Shown in pieces: positions 1 to 13,828 of a stretch of 64,000 nucleotides of DNA. Made by a program: the position numbers and the translations under genes. The stretch covers positions 89,032,001 to 89,096,000 of the forward strand of contig OZ024743.1 of NCBI GenBank assembly GCA_964016885.1, in the 5' to 3' direction. The notes below the pieces were generated by a model. That model ran no database searches and was not told the origin of the DNA. It saw only the letters and a program-made list of their open reading frames with translations. Source of the stretch: Eledone cirrhosa (taxonomy: Eukaryota). How positions within the stretch are numbered: position 1 is the first letter of the stretch; each line of letters starts with the position of its first letter.

Positions 1-541
1 GATAGACGGTAGCCACGGAGTAGGCAGACCCAGAAAAACCTGGGACGACTTGATAAATTCCGACCTCACACACTTACACCTCTCCAAGACAATGTCACTG
101 GATTGAGATCTTTGGCGGTACTCAGTAATAGAGAAGACCCGCCTTACCTAAATACAAAGCGAAACCTACTACAGTCAGTAGGCATCTCTAACAAAATACA
201 CCCCCGTCCCACCACCCCCACCCCATCCACACCGCCCCTTTCAATGTAAAGTTATGTTGGTGCCACAACATCCAGGCCGAAACAAATGAGGTCGTGTAGG
301 TGTCACGACAAAAAAACACACAGTCCACGCTGTAATGTGGCCGTGTAGGCAACACGGTAAAAACCTCCCAGCCCCACACTGTAAATGTGGTTGGTGTTAG
401 GAAGGGCATCCAACTGTAGAAAACCCGCCAGACAGTCCTATGCGAGCAGGACAACCACTCTTGCCTCAAGTGGGAAAACTCCCGTCTAAACCCATGCAAG
501 CGTGGAACATGGACGTTAAACGATGATGATGATGATGATGA
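1..541 (+). mobile_element. RTE-clade LINE 3' end (ORF2 C-terminus, 3' UTR, (GAT)n tail)
   Basis: IDGSHGVGRPRKTWDDLINSDL (G.R..GRP..W motif) with an in-frame stop; tail aaacgatgatgat; near-identical to the reverse complement of 57572-58102. Confidence 0.85.
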
Positions 542-1165
542 TATATATATATATATATGTAATGAAAATAACAAGTTACGGGTGAAAGGGGGTAATATCC
601 ATCATCAGTTGTCTGCTAGGCATCATAGATATTTCTTCGTGTTAGAGACAAGATATCTCAACCTAGTGTGATCAATAACTAAAATAAGTTATTGGGATAA
701 AAAAGGAGGGGAGGGAGAGAGAAAAAACCATAAACAGACACGAAAAGAGAGGAAAAATATCAAGTCAACAAACTTTTTTTGGACATAAATCCTGGCAAGT
801 GTGAGAAGAGAACAGACATGTCTTGACTGTAGCAGTGTGAGTGAGAAAAGACACTGCTTGCAGTGGCGGACGAGGGAGGAATTGAGCTAGCGGAGAGAGG
901 GGGACTAGCAGAGAGGGAGGGAGTGAGTGAAAGTAAGAGGAAGCGAGAAAGAGATAGTTATAGTGGCAGGCTAGCAGAGAGAAGGTGACTAGCAGAGGGT
1001 CTGAGCGAAAGTAAGAGGGAGAAAGAGAGAGAAGGGGGGGGGGATGATAGCAACAAGGGAAGAGAAAAGACGGGTCACAGCGGATATTAAAAATTATATG
1101 AATAAAATGGCGGGCTGTGTGGTTGCAATTAAGTATAATGAAAAAAAAAATATATATATATATAG

Positions 1166-1503
1166 AGGCACATGGCTTAGTGGTTAGAGCATTGGCCTTG
1201 CAATCGAAAGGTTGTGAGTTCAATTCTCAGACTGGGTGATGTGTTGTTTCCTTGAGCAAGACACTTTATTTCACATTGCTCCAGTTTACTCAGCTGTAGA
1301 AATGAGATGATAGGGACTGGGGTCCATATCATACCACTGCAAAGTGGTTGTGGAGGTGCCACGGCAAAAAAGCACCCAGCACTCACTGTAAATGAGGTTG
1401 GTGTTAGGAAGGGCATCCAGCTGTAGAAATCAAGCCACCATCAGTTCCCGTCCCACCCTTGCAAGCAAGGAAAAAGCGGACGTAAAATGAAATGATGATG
1501 ATA
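1166..1503 (+). mobile_element. tRNA-derived SINE with CORE-like domain and RTE-type tail
   Basis: A box tggcttagtggttag, B box gagttcaattc, ccttgagcaagacacttt...ctccagtttactcagctgtagaaatgag, then the ggtgttaggaagggcatccag...atgatgat tail shared with the RTE copies. Confidence 0.75.
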
Positions 1504-1554
1504 TATATATATATATTAATTAAAATAACAGATTAAAGTTTAAGCAAAGAATTG

Positions 1555-1614
<60 letters not shown>

Positions 1615-1621
<7 letters not shown>

Positions 1622-1818
1622 ATACTTGGGGAGGGTCATATTTGTGTAATAATATTGCCAGAATTGAGAACAGAACACACTCACTGTTTGGTTGGTTTTC
1701 GCTTCTGTGTCTTTTATATCGGTTAATTTAATTTATTCGGTCCTCAATGTTACCATTGACTGACCAACAGTCAAAAATACAGATACAATATAGACACAAA
1801 CACATATATATATAGTCT
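1615..1818. repeat. Dispersed ~190-bp repeat flanked by (TA)n; second copy at 16657-16848
   Basis: Both copies begin (TA)n-ttgttatacttgg(g)gagggtcata and end aaaatacagata...(TA)n-gtcta. Confidence 0.75.
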
Positions 1819-2390
1819 AACAAAGTTCTTTCATTGCACTTCTGCAACATTGTCAGTGGTGCTATTATGTTTCCTCCCATTGTATTGTATGCCTACGCCA
1901 TCTTTATTTATATATATATATACATATATATGTGTGAATGTATATATTCATTAGTTAAGCAAAACAAGACCACAAATTTCACAAGGAAGACATTATTAAA
2001 GATTGTCAACATAGTTTTAGTTTAATGTAAGGTTCTGCATGAACCCAGCCACCTAGCTGCCTTCAACTGCATATTGCACATTGAGCACATGCCTTTACGC
2101 TTTGGCTTCTAACTAATTCACCAATCTCTCTTCTCCTCTCCTATCTCCATCTCTCTCTTTAAGATTGGTTACTCTTGAACTGTGTATGTATATGTGTATG
2201 TGTGTGTGTGTGTATATATATATGTATGTATATATATTATATCATTTATTCATGTTCATATACGGAATCTCCACAATGTAAGAGGGATCAAAGTTGTGAC
2301 ATAATCTTTAGGCACTTATATATATAATGTACATCATTTCATTTTTCATTTTACCTCCGCTTTTTCCCTGCTTGCATACGTATATATATA

Positions 2391-2742
2391 TACTCTTGGG
2401 TCTCAAATAATGCCCCCACCCCTCCACTTCCTGCTTATTAAATTTTGCTAATCTATCTCCGGCAAAATTTTATTCTAAGTGGTAGCATTCCTGCAACAAT
2501 TAATTGTCTTTATACATTAAAAAACATTATACATGACAAAAAAAATACATTACTAGAAATCCCATATGTTATAAAATAAATAGGATGGGTTGGGGTCTCA
2601 ATATGTAAACTAAACAACTAATTCTGGTTTTAAAAAAAATCAAGAGACAACCTAGAAAAATTACTGATTTTCCACAACCCCCTCTTATTCCACTGATCCC
2701 CTGCTTATTTTAGCTCCCCCTATTGTTTGGGACTCGAGAGTA
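2391..2742. mobile_element. TA-flanked MITE (Tc1/mariner-like)
   Basis: TIR tactcttgggtctcaaataat / attgtttgggactcgagagta (imperfect, ~21 bp). Confidence 0.65.
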
Positions 2743-3487
2743 TGTATAGCTTATCTTTGTCCCTTATCTCCTCTACATTATTATAGCTAATATATTTATA
2801 TATTCTTATTCTCAAGCTGAGGCTTATACCTAGTAGGCATCACCTTCCTCAACCTTCTCCCCTCTCATACACTTCCCTTTGCGGTAACCATCTCTCCCCT
2901 ATTACCTATGTCCGCAATTTCCCCTGCTTCCTCCACCCTCCCTAGTTGCAAGACAAAAGTACCCAGTCCCCACTGCAATGTGGTTGTGTAGGTGACATGT
3001 CAAAAGCACCCAGCACACTCTGTAAATGTGGTTGGTGTTAGGAAGGGCACCCAGCTATATAAACCAAGCCAAAATTTGTCCCGGGTGAGTTAAACATGGT
3101 CTTCTGACCTGATTTTCTCCCTAAGGGTCAATCCGTCCTACCCATGCTAGTGTGGAAGAAGGATGTTAAACAACAACAATGATGATGATATATATATGGT
3201 TTATGCATGGGTATGGTATATGTATATATGCACAAATATGTATATGTATATCATTATCATATGTGTGTGTGTGTGTGCGTATATATGTATATTTATATAT
3301 TATGTTGGTACCACAAAACATACAGCCCTACAAGTGGTCGTGTAAAAGACAAACACCCAACACACTGTAAATGTGGTTGGTGTTAGGAAGGGCACCCAGC
3401 CGTAGAAAACCAGCCAATATATATATATATATACATACACCCTTGCAAGCAGGGAAAAGCGGACGTAAAATGATGATGATGATGATA

Positions 3488-3541
<54 letters not shown>

Positions 3542-3890
3542 GTATGTATATATAAAAAATAAAAAAAAAATGCAAACGAATCGAATATTATTAATATTCG
3601 AAAAACTTGGATTACATTGTATGTATATATATATATATACGCACACACACACTCATATATATGTGCGTATACATATATATATTGATAACATCTTAAAACT
3701 GCCTCATTGAGGTCTTTAGAGAATGACCTTTCTCTATAATCTTGCTGTAACTGTCTGTGGCTTTTCTTGACCTTTTACTTTGTTCACAGTCAAATTGTCT
3801 TATTGTCATGACCATACAGCATCTTGAGATTTCATCAATGTTTATCTTCTTCCACAAGAATGATCTGAGTCTAAACTATTGCTAGACATA

Positions 3891-4275
3891 TAATGGTTTC
3901 TGATTTAGGCACAAGGCCAACAATTTTTTGGGGAAGGGGGAAAGTCGATTAAATTGACCTCAGTGTGTTGCTGGTACTTTATTTTATTGACCCCGTAAGG
4001 ATGAAAAGAAAAGCTAACCCTGGCGGGATTTGAACCCAGAACGTAAAAGGCTGTAACTATATGCCGCAAAGCTGGTTGCCCAACGCTCTGCCAATCCACC
4101 ACCCTAGAAGTTTCTAATTTTGGCTGAGGCCAGCAATTTTTAGGGAGGGAAAACTGATTAAATTGACCCCAGTGTGTTACTGGTGCTTTATTTTATTGAA
4201 CCCCGTAAGGATGAAAGGCAAAGCTAACCTCGGCAGGATTTGAACTCAAAATGTAAAGGACCGTAACTCTATGCT
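3891..4275 (-). mobile_element. Two tandem copies of an abundant tRNA-derived SINE
   Basis: Minus-strand B box ggttcaaatcccg; body ctttcatccttacggggtcaataaaataagtaccag; 3' end ggccttgtgcctaaatcagaaacc. Confidence 0.8.
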
Positions 4276-4520
4276 AGCCATATAATAAAATGTATTATTC
4301 ATCAAGTTTCTCTGTCTATGGAGTTGTGTCTTATACATCTGTTTTATCTTTCTCTGTAGATCTATCTTAAGTCAGCCCCACCCCCTACTTCATCCCAGAC
4401 AACTATTGCTTCTCACTATTACAGTTGACTCAGCTCTTGAGGAAAATTAATTATCTTATTCCATTTTTGGAAGGTATTGTTTAGAGTTTCTTACGTCAGC
4501 CTGGAAAGCTTGTTTGTCTG

Positions 4521-5245
4521 ATAACTATACATAACTATATCTGTCTGTGTGAGTAATATACACCTATGGCTGTCAATGTGGTAACTATACATAACTATAT
4601 CTGTCTGTGTGAGTAATATACACCTATGGCTGTCTATGTGGTAACTATACATAACTATATCTGTCTGTGTGATAACTGTACATAACTATGTTTATCTGTG
4701 TGATAACTGTACATAACTATATTTGTCTGTGTGAGTACATCTATGTCAGTCTGTCTGATAACTAAATACACATATGTCTGTCTGTGTGATGACTATATAT
4801 ACATCTATGGCAGTCTATGTGATAACTAAATACACATATGTCTGTCTGTGTGATGACTATATATACATCTATGGCAGTCTGTGTGATAACTAAATACACA
4901 TATGTCTGTCTGTGTGATGACTATATATACATCTATGGCAGTCTGTGTGATAACTAAATACACATATGTCTGTCTGTGTGATGACTATATATACATCTAT
5001 GGCAGTCTGTGTGATAACTAAATACACATATGTCTGTCTGTGTGATGACTATATATACATCTATGGCAGTCTGTGTGATAACTAAATACACATATGTCTG
5101 TCTGTGTGATGACTATATATACATCTATGGCAGTCTGTGTGATAACTAAATACACATATGTCTGTCTGTGTGATGACTATATATACATCTATGGCAGTCT
5201 GTCTGATAACTAAATACACATATGTCTGTCTGTGTGATAACTATA
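4521..5245. repeat. Minisatellite, 60-bp then 64-bp units
   Basis: gataactaaatacacatatgtctgtctgtgtgatgactatatatacatctatggcagtctgtgt has period 64 (4821 to 4885), ~7 copies; a 60-bp variant lies upstream. Confidence 0.9.
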
Positions 5246-5500
5246 TACAGAGTAGATCTATATATGTATACCTATGTCTGTATGTGATATATATATATAC
5301 ACACTGAGTAGATGTCTATATGCCTAGATGTATGTGATATAATCATCATCATTTCCGTTTAACATCAATTTTTCCACACTTGAATGGGTTAGATGGATTG
5401 TCCCCACTGGGAGGCAAGTCTGGCCAGGGTTGTTCATGTGTCACACCTTGCTCCAGCATGGACTGTCAATTTGGCTGGATCTCCTTCCTAACACCAACCA

Positions 5501-5548
<48 letters not shown>

Positions 5549-5730
5549 TTATGTCCGTTATATATATATTTATGTCCGTTCTTCCACACTAGCATGGGTT
5601 AGACACGTTGTCCTGTTGTGGGCAGTGTCCGGTCGGCTGACCTTCCCTTGCTCATACAGGAACTGATTCTGGCTTGATTTCTACAGCTGGATGCCCTTCC
5701 TAACACCAACCCCATTTACAGTGAGTACTG

Positions 5731-6735
5731 GTAATGGTAATGGTGGTTGTGATGGTGGTGGTTGTGATGGTGATGTTGGTGGTTGTGTTGGTTATGATGG
5801 TAATGGTTGTGATGGTGGTGGTTGTCATGGTGATGGTGGTGGTTGTGATGGTGATGTTGGTGGTTGTGTTGGTTATGATGGTAATGGTTGTGATGGTGGT
5901 GGTTGTCATGGTGATGGTGGTGGTTGTGATGGTGATGGTGGTGGTTGTGTTGGTGGTGGTTGTGATGGTGATGGTGGTGGTTGTGTTGGTGGTGGTTGTC
6001 ATGGTGATGGTGGTGGTTGTGATGGTGATGGTGATGGTGGTGGTTGTGTTGGTTATGATGGTAATGGTTGTGATGGTGGTGGTTCTGATGGTGATGGTGG
6101 TGGTTGTGATGGTGATGGTGGTGGTTGTGTTGGTTATGATGGTAATGGTTGTGATGGTGGTGGTTGTGATGTTGGTGGTTGTGTTGGTTATGATGGTAAT
6201 GGTTGTGATGGTGGTGGTTGTGATGTTGGTGGTTGTGTTGGTTATGATGGTAATGGTTGTGATGGTGGTGGTTGTGATGGTGATGTTGGTGGTTGTGTTG
6301 GTTATGATGGTAATGGTTGTGATGGTGGTGGTTGTGATGTTGGTGGTTGTGTTGGTTATGATGGTAATGGTTGTGATGGTGGTGGTTGTGATGGTGATGT
6401 TGGTGGTTGTGATGGTGATGTTGGTGGTTGTGTTGGTTATGATGGTAATGGTTGTATCATCACTATCACAACCATCAGCATCAGAATCACCATCACCATC
6501 ACAACTATCACCATCACAAATATCATCAGAATCACCATCATCGACATCACCATCAATATCATCATCACCATCACAACCACAACCATCACAACCACAACCA
6601 TCACCATCACAAACATCAACATCAGAACCAACATCAGCATCATCATCATCATCATCATCATCAATATCATCATACAATCAATATCATCATTGCCACCCCA
6701 ACCATCATCATCATCATCATCATCATAACCATCGC
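5731..6735. repeat. Compound trinucleotide low-complexity tract: (GGT/GAT/TGT)n then (CAT/CAC)n
   Basis: Direct reading; strand composition flips at ~6455. Confidence 0.9.
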
Positions 6736-6897
6736 CATCACAGCCATCAATATATCAATCATAACCTTGACCACCACTGTTCAATGGCTAAATATGTGAA
6801 GATCAATACCTTAGTGACAAATCAAGTAAGGGTTACAACCAGGAGGAGTATCTGGTCTATAGAATACTGCCAGGAAAAGTTTCAAGTCCATATCGTC

Positions 6898-8640
6898 AGT
6901 GATATGTGTCACTGTAACAACGCCAGTGACACAGCAGTGATATCTGTGACACAGCAGTGATATCTGTGTCACAGTAGTGATATCTGTGTCACAGTAGTGA
7001 TATATGTGTCACAGTAGTGATATATGTGTCACAGTAGTGATATCTGTGTCACAGTAGTGTTATCTGTGTCACAACAGTGATATCTGTGCACAGTACTGAT
7101 ATCTGTGTCACAGTAGTGATATTTGTGTCACAGTAGTGATATCTGTGTCACAGCAGTGATATGTGTCACAGTAGTGATATCTGTGTCACAGTAGTGTTAT
7201 CTGTGCACAGTACTGATATCTGTGTCACAGTAGTGATATTTGTGTCACAGTAGTGATATCTGTGTCACAGTAGTGATATCTGTGTCACAGTAGTGATATC
7301 TGTGTCACAGTAGTGATATCTGTGTCACAGTAGTGATATCTGTGCACAGTAGTGTTATCTGTGTCACAGTAGTGATATATGTGTCACAGTAGTGATATCT
7401 GTGTCACAGTAGTGTTATCTGTGCACAGTACTGATATCTGTGTCACAGTAGTGATATTTGTGTCACAGTAGTGATATATGTGTCACAGTAGTGATATCTG
7501 TGTCACAGTAGTGATATCTGTGTCACAGTAGTGATATCTGTGCACAGTACTGATATCTGTGTCACAGTAGTGATATTTGTGTCACAGTAGTGATATCTGT
7601 GTCACAGCAGTGATATGTGTGACAGTAGTGATATCTGTGTCACAGTAGTGATATCTGTGTCACAGCTGTGATATCTGTGTCACAGTAGTGATATCTGTGT
7701 CACAGCAGTGATATATGTGACACATCAATGATATCTGCATCATAGTAGTGATATCTGTGACACAGCAGTGATATCTGTGTCACAGCACTGATATGTGTCA
7801 CAGCACTGATATGTGTCACAGCAGTTATATCTGTGTCACAGTAGTAATATCTGTGACACGGCAGTGATTCATGTGACACAAATGATATCTGTGTCACAGT
7901 AGTGATATCTGTGTCACAGCAGTGATACTTTGTCACAGTAGTGATTCATGTGACACAGTAGTGATATCTGTGTCACAGTAGAGATATCTGTGTCACAGTA
8001 GAGATATCTGTGACACAGTAGTGATATCTGTGACACAGTAGTGATATCTGTGTCACAACAGTGAGACTGTGTCACAGCAGTGATATCTGACACATCAGTG
8101 ATATCTGTGACACAGTAGTGATATCTGTGATACAGCAGTGATATCTGAGTCACAGCAGTGATGTCTGTGTCACAGTAGCAATATCTGTGACACAGTAGTG
8201 ATATATGTGTCACAGTAGTGATATGTGTCACAGCAGTGATGTCTGTGACACAGCAGTTATATCACTGCCACAGCAGTGATATCTGTGTCATAGCAGTGAT
8301 ACATGTGACACAGCAGTGATATTTGTGTCACAGTAGTGATACCTGTGTTACAGTAGTGATACTTGTGTCACAGTAGTGAAACTTGTGTCACAGTAGTGAC
8401 ACTTGTTCTACAGCAGCAACATCTGTCACTGCAGTGGTACATGTGTGTCACCACAGCCCCACTTGTGCCTCAGTAGTGTGACAACTGCTCCACAGTATCA
8501 ACACCCTTATCACAGTATCAACATCTGTGTCACAGCAGCACCACTTGTGTCACAGCAGCAACACATGTGTCACAGTAATATCTGTGTCACAGTATCAACA
8601 TCTGTGTCACATTAACATCTGTCACAGTAGTGACACCTGT
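6898..8640. repeat. 20-bp minisatellite CAGTAGTGATATCTGTGTCA, decaying towards the 3' side
   Basis: Clear 20-bp period at 6961-7700, increasingly divergent to 8640. Confidence 0.93.
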
Positions 8641-8659
8641 GTGTCTTTCTATTGGTTGT

Positions 8660-10665
8660 GGTGATGATGATAATGGTGATGATGATGATGGTAGTGATGG
8701 TAATGGTGATGATGGTTACAGTATGGTGATGGTGATGATGGTAGTGATGGTAATAGTGATGATGGCTACAGTATGGTGATGGTGATGATGGTAGTGATGG
8801 TAATGGTGATGATGGTTACAGTATGGTGATGATGGTAGTGATGGTAATGGTGATGATGGTTACAGTATGGTGATGGTGATAGTGATGGTAATAGTGATGA
8901 TGGCTACAGTATGGTGATGGTGATGATGGTAGTGATGGTAATGGTGATGATGGTTACAGTATGGTGATGATGGTAGTGATGGTAATGGTGATGATGGTTA
9001 CAGTATGGTGATGGTGATGATGGTAGTGATGGTAATAGTGATGATGGTTACAGTATGGTGATGGTGATGATGGTAGTGATGGTAATGGTGATGATGGTTA
9101 CAGTATGGTGATGATGGTAGTGATGGTAATGGTGATGATGGTTACAGTATGGTGATGGTGATGATGGTAGTGATGGTAATAGTGATGATGGCTACAGTAT
9201 GGTGATGGTGATGATGGTAGTGATGGTAATGGTGATGATGGTTACAGTATGGTGATGATGGTAGTGATGGTAATGGTGATGATGGTTACAGTATGGTGAT
9301 GGTGATGATGGTAGTGATGGTAATAGTGATGATGGTTACAGTATGGTGATGGTGATGATGGTAGTGATGGTAATGGTGATGATGGTTACAGTATGGTGAT
9401 GATGGTAGTGATGGTAATGGTGATGATGGTTACAGTATGGTGATGGTGATGATGGTAGTGATGGTAATAGTGATGATGGTTACAGTATGGTGATGGTGAT
9501 GATGGTAGTGATGGTAATAGTGATGATGGTTACAGTATGGTGATGGTGATGATGGTAGTGATGGTAATGGTGATGATGGTAGTGATGGTAATGGTGGTGA
9601 TGGTAGTGATGGTAATAGTGATGATGGTTACAGTATGGTGATGGTGATGATGGTAGTGATGGTAATGGTGATGATGGTTACAGTATGGTGATGATGGTAG
9701 TGATGGTAATGGTGATGATGGTTACAGTATGGTGATGGTGATGATGGTAGTGATGGTAATAGTGATGATGGTTACAGTATGGTGATGGTGGTGATGGTAG
9801 TGATGGTAATGGTGATGATGGTTACAGTATGGTGATGGTGATGATGGTAGTGATGGTAATGGTGATGATGGTTACAGTATGGTGATGATGATGGTAGTGA
9901 TGGTAATGGTGATGATGGTTACAGTATGGTGATGGTGGTGATGGTAGTGATGGTAATGGTGATGATGGTTACAGTATGGTGATGGTGGTGATGGTAGTGA
10001 TGGTAATGGTGATGATGGTTACAGTATGGTGATGATGGTAGTGATGGTAATGGTGATGATGGTTACAGTATGGTGATGGTGGTGATGGTAGTGATGGTAA
10101 TGGTGATGATGGTTACAGTATGGTGATGGTGGTGATGGTAGTGATGGTAATGGTGATGATGGTTACAGTATGGTGATGATGGTAGTGATGGTAATGGTGA
10201 TGATGGTTACAGTATGGTGATGGTGATGATGGTAGTGATGGTAATGGTGATGATGGTTACAGTATGGTGATGGTGATGATGGTAGTGATGGTAATGGTGA
10301 TGATGGTTACAGTATGGTGATGATGGCTACTGTATGGTGGTGGTGATGGTGGCTACAGTATGGTAATGGTGATGGTGGCTACTGTATGGTGGTGGTGATG
10401 GTGGCTACTGTATGGTGGTGGTGATGGTGGCTACTGTATGGTGGTGGTGATGGTGGCTACTGTATGGTGGTGGTGACGGTGGCTACTGTATGGTGGTGGT
10501 GACGGTGGCTACTGTATGGTGGTGGTGATGGTGGCTACTGTACGGTGGTGGTGGTGATGGTGGCTACTGTATGGTGGTGGTGATGGTGGCTACTGTATGG
10601 TGGTGGTGATGGTGGCTACTGTATGGTGGTGGTGATGGTGGCTACTGTATGGTGGTGGTGATGGG
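8660..10665. repeat. GAT/GGT-derived minisatellites: 50/44-bp units (to ~10320) then 26-bp units
   Basis: gatggttacagtatggtgat... has period 50 (8711 to 8761); then ggctactgtatggtggtggtgatggt x ~12. Confidence 0.92.
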
Positions 10666-12517
10666 TATTTTACTGTAGTGATGATTATGATGCTGTTGGT
10701 GATGACGAAGGTGGTGATAACAATGACAAGATGGCAATGGTGATGATGACACTCGAAGACAAAGTCAACAATTGTGTTAAAGAACACATCAACTGTTGAC
10801 TGTGACATGAGGAGACAGATGGCAGGAAATGAAAGACTTTACAGTTGTGGTTGTTGTTGTTGTAACTGTTGTTGTTGTACATGCTGTTGTTGTTGTTGTT
10901 GTTATTGTTGTAAGTGATGCACCATATTGCTGTTAAAGGAGACAACATTGATATGACTCCATTAGAGGATGTTGCCAAGGTTTCTCTGTTCAGGGACTCA
11001 GTGTAAACTTGATGTGAGGTGTTTAGGTTGTCTGTGGAAGGTTCAGGGGGTATGTAGGGGGGTGTCATCCTTGTAGAAGGGGACACTGCTGGTGGTGATG
11101 GTCTCGGAGTAAGTGTGTGGGGGGACACAACCTAACTTTGAGGTATGCCACAGTGGAGTAGTAGAGTGTGGCTATAGAGAGAGAGAGAGAGAGTGAGTGA
11201 GAGAGAGTGAGAACTCCATCAGCATGATATTGGGATCTCACAGGAAGAGTAGTCCATCTGTATAGGTGTATGGGGGTGTTTTTCTTGATGACAGAAAGTA
11301 GGTTATACAATATAGCCAACATCAACACCATAATCATCATCATCATCAACATCACCATCATCATCAACATCACCATCATCATCACCATATAATATAGCCA
11401 TCATCATCATCAACATCACCATCACCATACAATATAGCCAACATCATCATCAACATCATCAATACTATATAATATCCATCTTCACCATCATCAGTATCAG
11501 CATATAGTAGCATTCATCACCACCACCACCACCACCACCACCACCACCACCACCACCACCACGCCACCACCTCGCCACCACCACGCCACCCCCCACGCCC
11601 CCCAACCACCCCCACACCACCACCACCACGCCACCACCTCCACGTAACCACCACCACCACGCCACCTCCACGCCACCATCATCATCACCACGGCCACTAC
11701 CAGTATATATAGCATCCACCACCACCACTATTATATATACCACTCATCATCACCATCATCTTCAACATTATTAGTCATCATCATCATCATTGTTCCCCCC
11801 GCCCTCTCTCTCCTTATAAACCAATCTATCTTGGCAGATTGTCCACTGTTTCTCCAATGACTGACCCTGCTCACCGTCCCTTGTGTGTGTACATATATAT
11901 GTGTGTATATCTATATGTGTGTGTGTGTCTCATAGTGTGTGTATGAGTCACTTTGAGAGTCTGTGTCTGTCTGTATGTGTGTGTATGTTTTTGTGTGACT
12001 GTCTGTATGTGTGTATCTTTCTATATGTGTGACTGTATCTGTATGTGTACACATGTCTGTGTATATGTTTGTGTCTGTGTGTGTGTGTGTGTGTATCCGT
12101 ATGTATATGTATGTGTGACTCTGTGTGTATGTATGTCTGTGTATATATTTGTGTCTGTATGTGTGCATGTATATGTATGTGTGATTGTGTCTGTATGCAT
12201 CTCTGTGTCTGTATGTGTGTATAATATCCAGCTTTATCATTTCAACTCCTCTCCTCCCATCCCCCCCTCCTCCCATCCCATCCTCCCAAACCCCTTCCTT
12301 CTTGACCAACCATAATATCTTGCCAACTGTCAATATTTCACTGGTCTTATTTTCCTTCTGTATTTAGACAGATTTTAAAAAAGAGTTTATATTTGTCTGC
12401 AGATTAACATGTATTTGTTTCCTCTGTTCAGCTGTTAGGTTACTGATATAGAGGCCACCAGTGACCTTGGGGTGATGGACAGATGGACAATATCGGGAGG
12501 AAGGTATCTTATCCGAG

Positions 12518-13015
12518 GAAGGAATGGCTGATGTAGTAGATATTGCTGGCTCTTCTCTGCAGCAATTTGTGCAATATCTTTGTCGACAGGGTGCAGCTGC
12601 AGCTGAGATATATTGTCCTGCCAAGAGTGTGTAGAATATGTCCCATGAGGTGGTATGGCTGGTGTAGAAGGTATTGCTGGCTCTTCTCCACAGCAATTCT
12701 TTCACCATCATGTCTGTGGGGCATAGCTGAGATATATTGTCCAGTGAAGGGTGTAAAATTTATTCTTCATCATGGAATGGCCGATGCAGTGGATATTGCT
12801 GGCTCTTCTCAGTGGCAATTATTTTGCTATTTTGTTCACAAGGGGCAGCTGATGCATTGTCCTAGGGTGTGGGGTGTAGGATTTATCTCATAAGGTGAAA
12901 TGGTTAATGCAGTGTGTCTCACTAACTGTTCTCTTTGGTAATGCTTTCTCCATCTTGTCCACGTGGCACAGCTAAGATATACCACCCAGTCAAGAGTGAA
13001 GAGTTTTTTTATCTT
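12518..13015. repeat. Degenerate ~125-bp tandem repeat, ~4 copies
   Basis: Recurrent atggctgatg.agt.gatattgctggctcttctc...gcagctgagatatattgtcc. Confidence 0.7.
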
Positions 13016-13194
13016 TCTCAATCTACCCCTTATTCTTTCTTCACCCCACCCCTCTTCTGTTGTCCCACTCTTCCTCTTCTAAATATATACAACTGAATAT
13101 AAAATACTGAATCAATAAAATATTTTCTTTTATTGGTTTACAAATGTCATAACAACCTGGCCTCTATCACATATGATGACATTAACCATGGGTT

Positions 13195-13622
13195 TGTTTG
13201 TGATGGTGATGGTGGTGGTGGTGATGGTTGTGATAGTGGTGATGGTTGTGATGGTGGTGATGATGGTGGTGATAGTGTTGGTGGTGGTGATGGTTGTGAT
13301 AGTGGTGATGGTTGTGTTGGTGGTGATGTTTGTGGTGGTGATGGTTGTGATGGTGATGGTGGTGATAGTGGTGGTGGTGGTGGTGGTGATGGTTGTGATA
13401 ATGGTGATAGTGTTGATGGCGGTGATGGCGGTGATGGTGGTGATGGTTGTGATAGTGGTGATGGTGGTGATGGTTGTGATGGTGGTGGTAGGTGTGGCAG
13501 TAATGAGGGATAGGTGTGGTGGTGGTAGTAAAAAAGCAACAACACCAGCAGTTACAACAATAACAACCACAACAACAACAACAACAATAACAACAACAAC
13601 AAAAATAACAACAACAACAACA
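13195..13622. repeat. (GGT/GAT)n and (AAC)n low-complexity tract
   Basis: Direct reading. Confidence 0.85.
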
Positions 13623-13828
13623 GTTGTTTTTATGATTGCTTGGTTCAAGAACCTGAACTACATTGAGCAATCACAACTTGGCTGACAGCTTCACAAATAG
13701 TCTAGTATAAAAACAGAATCTTGATAACAATACTGAGAATTGATTGTGATTGCTTATTAAGATGGTTGTTGTCTAATCTTATATTATCTTCTTATTCTGA
13801 TAAGATTTGCCTAATATAGCCATCTATT

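Noticed and set aside
1166-1245. tRNA gene
   Set aside because: A/B boxes are present, but there is no complete cloverleaf and it continues into SINE body and tail.
4425-4473. Possible upstream MOSPD2 exon (acag|LTQLLRKINYLIPFLE|gtattg, ends in phase 1)
   Set aside because: The phase fits exon A, but the peptide does not resemble the MOSPD2 N-terminus as I recall it and the splice sites are weak; needs RNA-seq.
6860-6905. Minus-strand CTGACGA...GAAAC hammerhead-like spacing
   Set aside because: Stems I and II cannot form convincingly.
5691-6960. Long Gly/Cys/Asp-, Thr/Ile- and Val/Met-rich ORFs (325-408 aa)
   Set aside because: Open in several frames on both strands because trinucleotide repeats lack stops; no domain or splice support. 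The same applies to 13130-13685, 18612-19061 and 61504-62410.
10685-11388. 147-aa and 107-aa minus-strand ORFs in semi-unique sequence
   Set aside because: No recognisable domain, interrupted by microsatellites, and no convincing exon boundaries.
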